DNA from: Blasia pusilla
Taxonomy: Eukaryota
Length of the DNA: 64,000 nucleotides
NCBI GenBank assembly: GCA_050084515.1
Contig: CM114271.1
Coordinates: 8,928,001-8,992,000, forward strand
Direction of reading: 5' to 3'
Below, piece by piece: positions 38,355 to 50,870 of this stretch. Positions within the stretch are counted from its first letter, which is position 1. Every line of letters begins with the position of its first letter. The position numbers were made by a program, and so were the translations under genes. The notes under the pieces are model-generated. The model ran no database searches, had not been told where the DNA came from, and worked only from the letters and a program-made list of their open reading frames with translations.

Positions 38355-39700
38355 TGTGATACCCATAATTTTATACTCTTGAAGAATATATCTTTTTATT
38401 CAACGAAGACTCTTGTATATTATGATTATGATTTTGATTATTTATTATTATGAGGAAGAATGAGTGAATCACGAAGCTCCTGGGACAAGGTAGAGAGATG
38501 GAAGATCAAGGATTTGCCTTAGAGGAGAGGAAAACGCAATAACAAAGTCTCAAGACTCAGAACGAAACTTAACGAAGCTCAACGAAGATGTACGAAACTC
38601 TATCTTTGAAGTGCTTCGCTACATAACGAAGCATCACAAAGAAAACAAGAAAAGAAGAAATAAGAACTTCGCTCTTACACGAAGCACCAGAAATAAAAAT
38701 GAAGCATGGAGTACTTCGTCCTCATGAAGTCCAACAAAGCGAAGCTAAGAAGGACTATGATTTCAAGCGACACATGTTAGAACAGTTAAACTAGGAAAGG
38801 GCGCAACCCTTTGTATCAAATTGGTAGTTAGGACAGTTTTGTACCGCGGATTCACAGGGATCGTAGGAAAAGCTAAGAGAACCATAGATCTAGGTAGTTA
38901 GAAATAGTGAAGAGACACTAGCTTCATCAAGAACGTTTCGAATCTTTGGATCACTTCCACTCCAGTGACTATTTAAGAAGCAAGGCAGAAGCCATAATCA
39001 TCATTCTCTTACGAAGTCCTTATGTTGTAGGAATGGTCCGAGCAAGAGAGTAGTTCCCTCTCGAGCTTGTATACACTTTGAAGCTTTCTCGTTCTTGATG
39101 GAGTAGTAAAGCAATCATTCATTCATTCTGATGTGCTATGCTTATGTCTGATTATTATTTTTGGGTCTATAGAGTGAAGAGTGAATCAGGCGAACCTTTC
39201 TCATCAATGAAATAATCAACCTGAGTTGTAGGAAATCTGTTTGACAGTGAGTAACCTGCCGAGACGGATTGAGTTCCGAAAGTAGGAGAAGCCAGCTTTT
39301 GTGTTGAGATCTCTGTGAGGTTTCTTGATGTCGAGAGGAAAATCTACCTGAACATGCTGTCAATTCCACTAGAGAGAATCGAGAAAAGATCCTTTGGTAC
39401 TAAGAAAGATCAGAAGATATTAATAAGACATTGAATATAACTCACACACCTTTAAATACAACTATTACAACATAATTGTAATTCCGAACTCTCTTTTCAT
39501 CAAACAATGATCCTCTTGGGGATCGAACTTATTAAAAAGACTATAAAATATAAACACTTGTATATTACAGCGATAGAAAGAGTATCTTTTTCCTTGAGTT
39601 GTACATTACAACATATGAGCGAAGAGCAAAGCACTTTGTCAATTAACAAAGAAGAAGAGGTTCCAACTTTGCAGAGAATAGAAGACTGTCCGCGATTTCA
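38355..39700 (+). mobile_element. LTR of the TGTGATACC family (~1.35 kb)
   Basis: TG...CA; preceded by PPT AAGGGAGGGGG (38342-38352); followed by PBS-like TGGCACACCATTAGAG (39703-39718); a further partial copy at ~39780-40445. Confidence 0.65.
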
Positions 39701-40454
39701 AGTGGCACACCATTAGAGTAGTTAGGTTAGGAAGAGACATACATTTTCAGAACAAATAGGAAGGTAGAAGAGTTACGACCTATGAATTCCTAGGAATCAT
39801 AGGAAAAATTAAGAGAACCGTAGATTAAAGTAGTTACAAGATCTCAAGAGGTGTTTACTCTAAAGAAGCGCTTCATATCTTTGATATTGACGTCGTTTAA
39901 GATAATATTTAAAGACTATCAAAGGAGTTTCCAGCATCATTCTCTTACGACGTCCTTATGATGTAGGAATGATCTGAGCCAAAGAGTAATACCCTCACAT
40001 GCTTGTACACACTTTACAGCCTTTTTGTTCTTGATGGAATAGCATAAACCTCATTTCTTCATTATGATGTGGGGTGTATCTATCTAAGAGATCTTATTCG
40101 GTCTGCAGAGTGAGAAATGATTGGTAGAGCATCTTTCACTAGAAGAATAATCAATTGCAAGATGTAGGAAGTCTATTTGACAGAGAGTTACGTGCCAAGA
40201 TGGATTTAGTTCCGAGAGTAGGAAAAGCCATCTGGCGATTGAGATCTCTGTGAGGTTCTTTTGTTAAGGAAGCATCTGCCAGAGAGTTCTATACCACTTG
40301 AGAGAATAGAAGAAAGGAAATCTTGGTACTTATTAAGAGAAGAACAACCTGATGAATGTTTGAATCTGTTTTGTATAAACATAATCATCACCTTCACATA
40401 AACAACACAACTTAAAGCTCTCTTTTCGGATAATAGTGATCTTTTTTGATATTT

Positions 40455-40945
40455 GCTATAGGGTGTTGAATGGATGGTTGACCATGGGTGCACACGTTTA
40501 TGACCATGTGGAAAAAGGACTCAAACCCTTTTTTTTTTATGTGAGGTAAAAGCAAAAGATGTTGGCAGCTTGAAGATATGCTGGTTACTCTTATAAGAGG
40601 TGGTGAAGGAAAAAAAAAAAGGCCACCTCCTGAAATTTATGCGTTCATAGCGGAAAATGCACAACTAGGATGAATTTCTATTAGGGAAGTGTTATGGGGT
40701 GGAGAAGTTCAACTAGAAAGGGAAAGATCGGATGCTTTCCATTGGTAATAGTCCGTGACTCACTATACGAAATCTTGCATCAAGGAGAATAAATGATCAG
40801 AGCATGTTGATCTACTACAACATTGCAAGGATAGCAAATGCTTGAAACAAGCGATGGAGTCCCAATAAGAGCTTCATGTGTGGTGGAGGAAGCATGCAAT
40901 TGAGGGGAAATATAAAGAGTTGTGTTGTGAAACCTGGTAAATAGA
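40455..40945 (+). pseudogene. Fragment of the Mutator-like transposase
   Basis: Clear nucleotide similarity to 58760-59250 (LNGWLTMGAHVYDHVEKG...DAFHW). Confidence 0.85.
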
Positions 40946-41215
40946 TTGAGGTACAAACCCATAGGAATTGAGCAAAGCCAATTGTCCCTCCATGGAGTTT
41001 AACCTTGTAGCAATCTTGAGCAAGCCACCAAGATTAGGAGCCCCAGGGGATACTCATGGACAAAGCCCGACCATCAGCTTGAAATCAACAAGATGAGCGT
41101 AGGAATAAGCACCAAGAGGGCTACCCATCCTGGAAACCACCGGGAGTCGCTCCTAGTCCTAGTCCTCGAACAAAGCGGAAGAGCAAGAAGAGGGACGGAA
41201 GTCTGTCACCCCGCA

Positions 41216-44200
41216 TGTCGCGCCCCTACTCTCCTTGAACGTCAATCTTTAGTGTTGCGGAAGCGTGCGTTCAGTAGGTCACGAACTCATCGCCGATCTG
41301 CACCCAAACACGCACTCTCGTTAGTTGGGTTTGGCCAACCGGCGTTCCAACCCACCGAGTCCTCAACTCGGCGTCTCATCATGCTCAACGTTCCTTAGTT
41401 CCTCGCTTCCAACACATGGCAAGTCCTTCAAGACTTGGAACAGACTTCCTGGTTAGTCCAGGGATCAAACAAGATTTTGCGCGCCTAGCGATCCCAACTG
41501 TTCAACGGTCCTCGGGTGAGTTCCGAACCGAGACCCAAGTAATTGAGTCGCGGCGTGAAATCCAAGAGGGATGTCTAAAATCGCTTCAATGGACTTGGTG
41601 CAGGTTTTCCAACCTAACGCCCAACTCGCGTTCCGTTCCATGCCCTTGAGCCGCCCCGCAACGCCCAAAGTGGGGTTTGGGTTCCAAGCACTCTCGGAGA
41701 CCTTGCCCCTTACTAGTACTTCTGGGGTTCTCCAATAACCCCTCCCCTTTGGGAAAAGAGGGTCGGGCCCTTCATTGTGGCCCTCAACCCGACTCCACTT
41801 ACAGTCGTTTTCGGGTCGTATCTCGGCTGGTGCTTATGCGTTTGCATCGATCTTTGGTGCGTTTGGACCGGCTCTCCACAAGCTTTCCAACGCACCCTTA
41901 TTTGCTCCAAACGCATCTTGGCGCTAAAAGTTATGGCCATAAATACAGTCAGAAACTCTCAAACGCTAGTGGTGTTCCAAATTCGGATCTTCCCTTTGGC
42001 AACCCACTTCCTAGACTCGACTTCTTTCAAGTCTCATTCCGCGTTTGGTCCAGGTTTCTCAGTCACGACCATACCACCTGAAACACGACTCCTCGTTCGC
42101 GTCTCGTCTCTTGTCTCCTCTTTGAGACAACTCCAACGCGCAAACCATCTTAGCGTGAGCCCGCTAATGTTCTGATGTTCCGCTTGGCACTTGTTTGGTC
42201 ATGAGGGTCGCGACACTCACCCCTCTTTTAGAGATTGATGCCCTCATCAACGCAAACCTTTATTATGTCAAGTCTCCTGGGCAGCCTACCCCTTGACATT
42301 GAATTGCGTTCTGGTGGCTAACCCGCAATTCCTCTTAGTCTCTAGTTGTCGCTTTGCCCCACTTAGAATTACTAGCCTCTCCTCTTCGATAAGCCTGGAC
42401 TAGTTCCAAGGAACTAACCTTTCAAATAAGCTTACTAAGTGTGCAACCTTAGACTCTTTCGACTCATTACTGTAAACATCACACCTGTTTACCTGGTCCA
42501 CAAATCGTACTACTATTGGGTGGCTCTCGTATTCGACTTAGGCGCGTTACTAAGTTTATTTATGTGGCCACAAGTAAGATCATCCCAAGCCCCAAGACAG
42601 ACTTCATCTGCCCCGCCGACGCTAGGGCGAGCCTGAGTGTAATCCAACACAAGGTCCTGTTCTAGGTGCTTATCCACATACGAGCTCTCACCTCAAATAC
42701 TCCTTGTCTGTCCTCTTGTCGTACATTCTAAGCCTATGATGAACGACTCATAACCATGCACTACCACATACAAATTGCAATCAACACTGGTATCGAATCT
42801 CCAAATCCATACACTCCTTTATTGCAACACTAGCATATTCTAGTTACAACGGCCTTCGGCCCAAGATTCCACTGGTTACAAGTCATGTCTCTAGCTTCTC
42901 CTCGTACTAACGTATGTGCTTCGCTTGTGTTCGCTTGAAGTCACGCAACAACTCTTGCGCGTGTTCCAAATCCGCCTCCGCAATCCAAGTCGCCTCCTTC
43001 ATATGGTAGCCCTTCCATTTTACCAAGTATTCATACTTGTTGGCCCGACGTCTCGAACGTAAGATGGTCTCCACCTCAAACTCCGGCTCTTCATTTACGT
43101 TGACCGGGTGCGGTCTCACCACCTGTCTCGCTCAAAACGTCCATTATCTTGAAGATATTTCTTCAACAATGACACATGAAAGGTCGGGTAAATCTTGAAC
43201 TCGTCCGGCAGCCTCAACGTATACACATCCTCAAACGGGTTTGCCACAATCACATACGGTCCAACATACTTGGCAGACAGCTTCGCAGACAACTTTTTGG
43301 GAAGAGTGAGATTCTTTACACTCAACCACACTTGTTCTCCAACTTGGAATCGTACTTGGCGCCGACTCTTGTTCGCATGCTTAACGTACCTCATTTGAGC
43401 CTTTGCAAGACTTCGCCTTGCGCGCTCTTCTTGTTCTCGCATCTCTACCAGCAAACCTTCTGCCGTCACTTGTCGTGTTCATGGCAATGTAGTACCCTTC
43501 GAAAGGGCTAGATCAAGAGGCCCTTCTGGCTCTCGTCCATTTTCCAAGAGAAACGGAGATTCTCCAGTTGCAGAATGCTTGGTCGAGTTGTAGCAGTATT
43601 CCGCCATGCTCAGCCAGCTGACCCAATCGCGTTGATCAGCATTGACATAATTCCTTAAGTACTGATTCACGATAGAGTTGACCTTTTCAGTCTGTCCATC
43701 CGTCTGTAGGTGGAAAGCCGTACTGAAACTCAGCTTGGTCTTAAACCTTATGAACAAGTGCTTCCAGAAAGCACTGGTAAACTTTGGATCCCGATATGAA
43801 ACAATGCTCCTCGGCAAACCATGAGCACGCCACCAGCTATCGAGGAATAGTTGCGCCGTTGTATACGCCGTTGCGGAATCCACCGTCGGCACGAATCTCG
43901 CGAACTTGCTAAACCGATCAACAATCACAAGTATAGCGTTGTATCCCTCAGATTCCGGAAGACTCGTGATGAAATCCATACTCACACTTTGCAAGGGTCC
44001 TTCTGGGATCGGCAAGGGATGCAGCAAGCCCTGTTTCTTATCATAAGAGACTCTATTCGCTTGGCAAGTCACACAGGTCTTCACATATTGAGCAACATCC
44101 TCTTTCATGTTGGGCCAAAAGAACCGTTTCGACAGAACAGCTAGCGTAGATTTCTCTCCTTTATGTCTTGCCAAGGGCCCGTCGTGACATTCCGCCAACA

Positions 44201-47200
44201 CCTTGGTTCGCATCCTGCCTTGCCCTACATAGATCCTACTCTGTTTGAACCTTAGTAAACCATGCCTCAAATTTATGTTGGCCACCTTCTCACCCTACTT
44301 CAACTTCCTCAGGTATTCCCCTCCTTGAGCATCCTTCATATATCCTTCACGAATCCTTCTTTCCAGATCTGTTTCCTTAGGGAACATTGCTCTCAAGACC
44401 TATGTCGTCGATGGCATGTGTTCCTCCTTGCGACTTAACGCATCTGGAATCACATTATCTTTACCTGACTTGTGGATCAACTCTACATCCATCGCCAAGG
44501 TATCATGCCACCGCAGATTGTTTGGTGTCACTTTCGATCCTGGGTCTCAAAATACTTGAGTGATATATTATCGGTGAATACTCGAGTCCTGTGGAGCCCT
44601 AGATAATGCCGCCACTTCCTCAAGCAATGTACCACCGCGAACAACTCTTTCTCGTGAGTAGGCCATCTCCTTTCAGTATCGCTAAGCTTCTTGCTCTCAT
44701 ATGCCACCGGTCTCCCTTCTCGCACCAACATTCCTGCAACCGCAAAATCACTAGCATCGGTATGCACTTCGAACGGTTTGTCAAACTCCGGCAGCTTCAA
44801 CACTGGTTCCTGCGATAGAATCTGCTTTACTCGGTTGAATGCCTCATTAACTTCTTGGGTCCAAGTCGTGTTGGCAAACTTTGCTGTCCAATCCGTGAGA
44901 GGTCTCACAATTCCCGAAAAGTTTTTCACATATGTACGATAAAATTGCACCGCACCTATGAACCTCCTCATCCCCTTTAGAGTGGATGGGGGTTCCCACT
45001 CGAAAATCGCTTTCACCTTCTCCCTGTCTGGACTGACGCCATCTGCACTGACCACGTGACCCAAGAATTTGATCTTTCTCAAACCAAACTCGCTCTTCTC
45101 TACATTCGCATACAGCTAATTTGCCCTTAGCTTAGCCAAGACCGCTCTCACATGTCGAACGTGCTCCTCTAGTGACTTCGAATAGATAATTATATCATCG
45201 ATATAGATGATAACATACTCATCCATTTCCTTGTGAAAAATGGAGTTCATCAATGTGGTGAATGTTGGAGGCGCGTTACATAGACCGAAAGGCATCACTA
45301 CAAACTCAAAGGACCCGTATCACGTCCTGCACGCAATCTTCTCCACATCTGCTTTGGCAATCCGAATCTGGTAATATCCTGACTTTAAGTCAATCCTACT
45401 GAAATATCTTGCGCCTGCCAGCCTATCAAAGAGATCATCTATCCTTGGAAGAGGATAATTGTTCGAATCGTCACTTTTTGTTAGGCACGGTAATCAACAC
45501 ACTGACCTCATCTTTCCATCCTTCTTCTTTACAAAGAGAACAGGTGCTCCATAAGGTGACTTGCTAGTCCTAATGTAACCCTTTTCCAAGAGCTCACTTA
45601 ACTGCTTTTTCAACTCAAGAAGTTCCTCCTGATTCAACCTATATTGTGCTTTTGAAGGCGGTTGGGAACCGGGTATGATCTCTATCTTATGATCTACGGC
45701 TCTATGCGGCGGCAATTCGGTCGGAAGCTCGTTTGTCAAGACATCCTCAAACTCCTTGACCACTTCTGGAGTGGTTGGGACTACCCTCAAAGCGGTGTCC
45801 GATCTCTGCGTATATCGCTTGTAGCCTCCTCCACTTGTCTCATCAAGCAGAGAAATCCATCCTCCAACTCAGTCATGCTCCTCCTTGTGATCGAGTTCAC
45901 TAACTCCATTTTCGCTGGAACCTCACGGACCAACCGCACCTGTAAGCGTTTGCCTTTTAGCAAGACGCTCAACCTCAATGGTCGGCATCTTAACTCCACC
46001 TCATACGCATCTAGGAATGTATTCCCCAAAACTCCGTCAATGCCATCCATTTCGCACACAGTGAAATTCTCCTTCAACTTGAATACTCCGCATCCTACTG
46101 TCAAACCCAAGACCAAATCAGAAGTCCGATGAGACTTGCCTCCTGCAAATCCCACTCGAATGGGCTCGTCCGCCTTAGAGGTAGACAACCCCAATTCTTT
46201 CACGATTCTCGGGCTTAGGAAGGAGTGCGAAGCACCTGTATCCATGAGCAACAACACATCGCGATCAACAATCTTGGATCTTAGGTACACCAAATTGTGC
46301 GTCCTCTTGGTGACTTGAAGGGACGTCTCAAGATCGCCCGCCAACAGATGCTTAGCAGAAAACGCAATCATACTCCCATTACTAACCTTCGGTTTTGAAC
46401 ACCCTTTCGACAGGTGCCCCGGTTCGCCACAGTTGTAGCATACGACCTTGCCGTACCCTGACTTTGAGTGTTGTCCTCCTTTCGGTTTCGCATGAAGTTC
46501 CACTCATTTTGCTGCCGGGGCAAACGACTCTCCTGGTTTGTGCTGGCCCCCACTCCAGCCTCTTTTGAACGCCTCCTTATTTTTTGACTTCTTCGAAAAA
46601 ACTTTTGGCTCAAAGGGTTTATGGGTTTGGACCTCATTGTCCCCAATCCGCTCCGCTAGCTTCAGAAGGTCCGCGCACGTCTCTCGTAACGTCGGCATTC
46701 GGTAAAGGGCCTTTTCAGCACTCGGCTTGAGTCCACTAATGAAGATAGCCTTCTTCGCATGTTCATCCATCTTTGGACTAGAAGTCGGTTTCGCACTAAA
46801 CTCCCTCACATACGCACTTAAGGAACCACTCTGCCGCATCCGCACGTATTCCACCGTGTCACGCAACCCTTGGTACTCCGGAGTGAACCGATCCCCAATC
46901 AACTCTTTGAACTCCTCCCAAATCAGAGGTGACTTGCCGCCCAGATATTCCTCTCGTTGAGCTGTCCACCATTGTAGAGTATGATCCTTCACGAATGTAA
47001 CGGCTACCGTCACCTTGTCCTGCTCAGCAGCCCTCTGCGCCTCGAAGTACAGTTCCAGTTCCGTAAGGAAATCCTTCACTTTCCGCGAGCGCCCCACTCC
47101 CGTGAATGGCGTGGGCAGGTTCGTCTTGCAGAGCTTTTTGCCCGCACAAGGGTTTTGAGTGGCCTCTAACTCTGCAATCCGCTTGCTTTGCTGGGACATC

Positions 47201-48584
47201 TGCTCCACCAACACCTTCAACAAGTCCAACGTCTGGCTCAACTCCGTCCTTTCCCTTGAGTTTGGGCCCACTGGCCCCGCGGAAGGATTCGCCTCCGGAA
47301 CGTCCTCATGACTGGCGTTCAGCTCTTCGGGAGTCTCCGTCTCCTCTATAGCTTCACGGTCCGGCATTGGTTCCTCTCTTGGTTCACGTCGCTTGATTTG
47401 GCGCTTCTTGGGTTGTTCTCCCTCGATCGCCATTTCCAAGCCAACTCACTCAGGTCTCCTCCTCGTTTCTTGCGTCCCTCCTCGAGCTTTTGAGTCTAGC
47501 CGCTACCTTTGAGTTTCCCCAAGCGTCCGGCTGATCCCACGACCCCAAGTTCTCGCTCACCAAGGATTAGCTCTGATACCACTTGTCGCGCCTCTACTCT
47601 CCTTGAACGTCAATCTTTAGTGTTGCGGAAGAGTGCGTTCAGTAGGTCACGAACTCATCGCCGACATGCACCCAAACACGCACTCTCGTTAGTCGGGTTT
47701 GGCCAACCGGCGTTCCAACCCACCGAGTCCTCAACTCGGCGTCTCATCATGCTCAACCTTCCTTAGTTCCTCGCTTCCAACACATGGCAAGTCCTTCAAG
47801 ACTTGGAACAGACTTCTTGGTTAGTCCAGGGATCTGAAAGAGTACTTGCGCGCCTAGCGATCCCAACTGTTCAACGGTCCTCGGGTGAGTTCCGAACCGA
47901 GACCCAAGTAATTGAGTCGCGGCGTGAAATCCAAGAGGGATGTCTAAAATCGCCTCAATGGACTTGGTGCAGGTTTTCCAACCTAACGCCCAAACTCGCG
48001 TTCCGTTCCATGCCCTTGAGCCGCCCCGCGGCGCCCAAAGTGGGGTTTGGGTTCCAAGCACTCTCGGAGACCTTGCCCCTTACTAGTACTTCTGGGGTTC
48101 TCCAATAACCCTTCCCTTTTGGGAAAAGAGGGTCGGGCCCTTCATTGTGGCCCTCAACCCGACTCCACTTACAGTCGTTTTCGGGTCGTATCTCGGCTGG
48201 TGCTTATGTGTTTGCATCGATCTTTGTGCGTTTGGACCGGCTCTCCACAATCTTTCCAACGCACCCTTATTTGCTCCAAACGCACCTCGGCGCTAAAAGT
48301 TATGGCCATAAATACAGTCAGAAACTCTCAAACGCTAGTGGCGTTCCAAATTCGGATCTTCCCTTTGGCAACCCACTTCCTAGACTCGACTTCTTTCAAG
48401 TCTCATTCCGCATTTGGTCCACGTTTCTCAATCGCGACCATACCACCTGAAACGCGACTCCTCGTTCGCGTCTCGTCTCTTGTCTCCTCTTTGAGACAAC
48501 TCCAACGCGCAAACCATCTTAGCGTGAGCCCGCTAATGTTCTGATGTTCCGCTTGGCACTTGTTTGGTCATGAGGGTCGTGACA
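41216..48584 (-). mobile_element. Structurally complete chromovirus (Ty3/gypsy with chromodomain), ORFs disrupted
   Basis: LTRs 41216-42215 and 47584-48584 (TG...CA); TSD CCGCA; PBS TGGTATCAGAGC at 47570-47581; PPT at 42216-42229. Confidence 0.96.
42907..47439 (-). pseudogene. Chromovirus gag-pol: gag, CCHC, PR, RT, RNase H, INT, chromodomain
   Basis: CYNCGEPGHLSKGC; LMDTGASHSF; YIDD; TDASDF; SMDFIT..VDRFSK; GPY; EFEVETIL..YLVKWKGY..EATW; several stops and frameshifts. Confidence 0.93.
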
Positions 48585-48699
48585 CCGCACTTCCCCTGCA
48601 CTTTCCAAGTCGGAGGACGAACAAACTTTGAATCCCTTTGCGGATTTAGGGGACGAGGAACCTATCAGGCCAACAAGGCCTAAACCTATACCTCCCCCT

Positions 48700-50121
48700 T
48701 CTCGAAGAACCAATCCAGTGCCTAACGGCTAGACTCCACATATGGCCAACGTTAGGTAAATGCTGTTGCAATATCCCACCTTTGCGGGAGGTTGAAGGGA
48801 TGATGGGGATAACTTTGTATTGGAATTTACCCATGTGGCCAAGGCTAATGGGGAAGGCTAAGAGGAAGAGATGTTACAGGTATTTCCACGCCTATTAAAG
48901 AAACGAGCAAGTTAGTGGTACAACGGGCTTGGAGTTGAAGCCACAAAAACATGGAAGGGGGTACTAGAAGCCTTCCTGCATGAGTTCCAAGATTTGGAGT
49001 TCGAAGACCGGCTTCTTACGAAGCTTCGTGACTTAAGGAGGAAGAAGAGGGAGACCCTGGGAGAATATACTCAAAGATTGTGGAGCCTTGTAAATAAATT
49101 AGAACACACCACTACCTCCCAATTGGTAGTTTGGGTTGTGGCAAGATTGTCAAAGGAAATGGACCGGTACTATTGCCGAGCCCAACGGGATTCTCTGGAG
49201 GCAGCTATTGCGTCTGCGGGGGCATACGAAGCCTTTGAGAAATCCCCAAAAATGCAAAGACGGAGGCAGCAATGGCGGGGCTCTTTGCAGACTAGCTCTT
49301 TGGCCAAAGACAAAGTGTCCTTTACAGACAGCGAAGCTTCTACTGAAAATTCAACGGAGTCCTAAGATTTCCAAGACTACTCCAAAGCCAAGGGAAAGAA
49401 GAAAGTTAAGAATCATCAAAGCTCTTTGAAGCGTGGGCGAAGGGCCAAGCCCGCAAAGCGTGTCAACCGGAAGTCTACAAGCCCGACACGTGATTTTGCA
49501 AAGATTACGGGGATGACAACCATTGAAGAGTTAACCAAACAAATAGCTTAGTTGAAAGTGCACCTAGCGGACCAGAAAGACCCCGGAAGGAGACCAGGTC
49601 TTATGAGGCCGAGTGTGTGGTGGAGTTCTTGCGGGAACCAATGGCATACTGCCAAGGAATGTCACCTTCAAGGGGATCTTTGTTGGGTTCAGGAGGTCCC
49701 AACCTTGAAAGATGGGTGGTACGAAGCGGAACAATGAGAAGGGTGCTATGCCATTCAAACCGTACTAGCTCCTAATCAAGGATGGAATTGGATTCCGAGG
49801 TATGTGCCCCTAGAGTATGAAGAAAAAAGACCCCTGCGGCATATCATGGGACCTGCAGCCTTTACTCCACCAATTAAAAGGAATTGCTGCTACAACTGCG
49901 GAGCAGTGAATCATAGGGCGGATAACTGCCCAAACCCAAAGAGACCAATGGGATTGAATCCCTTGTGCGGAAACTGCAAGAAAGGCGGGCAAACCGCGGT
50001 AGAATGTCCGGAACCAAAGGTTCCTTGGTTGCTGGTAAAGTATGTGGCCACCCTAGCAACAAAATCTGAGGCCAAGAATGAGGTGGATGTTCAGCTCATA
50101 CGGGTGGAAAAGATATCTCCT
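48700..50121 (+). pseudogene. gag remnant of another Ty3/gypsy element (family A-like), host of the chromovirus insertion
   Basis: LRDLRRKKRETLGEYTQRL; CYNCGAVNHRADNC and CGNCKKGG knuckles; cut off at the CACTA end. Confidence 0.75.
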
Positions 50122-50870
50122 CACTAGAAGAAAGGCTGGTTTTTATGACTAGCAATAGAATGACTAAGTGTGGTTAATGACTTATTATACGACTCAAATG
50201 GAAATATGCAATTTTTAGTCTATACAGAGTCATATTATACCTACTAAGAGTCATGCATAGATGACTAGATGACCATCTTAGTCCTACAAAATATTTTTTA
50301 TTAAATTATAATATTATTAATATGATTGCAATATAATCTACAAAATATAGTTAGTCATATCTAACGTACCTCCTAGTCATATTATTCATTACTCACAACC
50401 CATGAAGTGATTTTTTTAAAGGCCAGTGATGATTTGGCATGAGACATGCCTACATGGCAATTAGGTAGTCATATCTAACCTACCTTGTAGTCATATTATT
50501 CATGACTCATAACTAGTGGAGTCATGTTTTGAAAGGCCACTGATGACTTGGCATAAGACGTGCCAACAAAGCAATTAGGTATTCATATTCAACCTACCTT
50601 CTCGTCATATTATTCATGATTCCATATAAAAAAAACCTTTCATGGCCATCAAAGGTAGTGCATTCATGCCGAATTATGAGCAACATAACTATACATGATT
50701 TATAAAAAAGATGAAGGTTCTAGGATTCGAACTCGCACCTAGAGGATTGCAAATGCAATCCATATCACCGAGCTATATCATATTACTTGACAGTAATCAC
50801 AAAAAATCTATTTTTGATTATTTCAAACGTCCTCTCTTTAGGGTTTTGGCATCAAGAGCACAGGAGGAGT
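50122..50870 (+). mobile_element. CACTA-type transposon end with subterminal repeats
   Basis: Begins CACTAGAAGAAA; many ATGACT/AGTCAT motifs; ~114-bp tandem units from 50352; no second end seen. Confidence 0.6.

Noticed and set aside
41093-42175. Recurring ORFs shared with 15946-16862 and 47509-48544
   Set aside because: They recur only because they lie in copies of the same LTR; frames are not conserved and no domain is recognisable
46501-46506. Programmed stop readthrough between gag and the downstream frame in the chromovirus
   Set aside because: The TGA falls before the CCHC knuckle, and the element has several other stops and frameshifts; a simple nonsense mutation is more likely
50713-50778. 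Functional tRNA gene
   Set aside because: Only A/B-box-like motifs; acceptor and D stems could not be built convincingly
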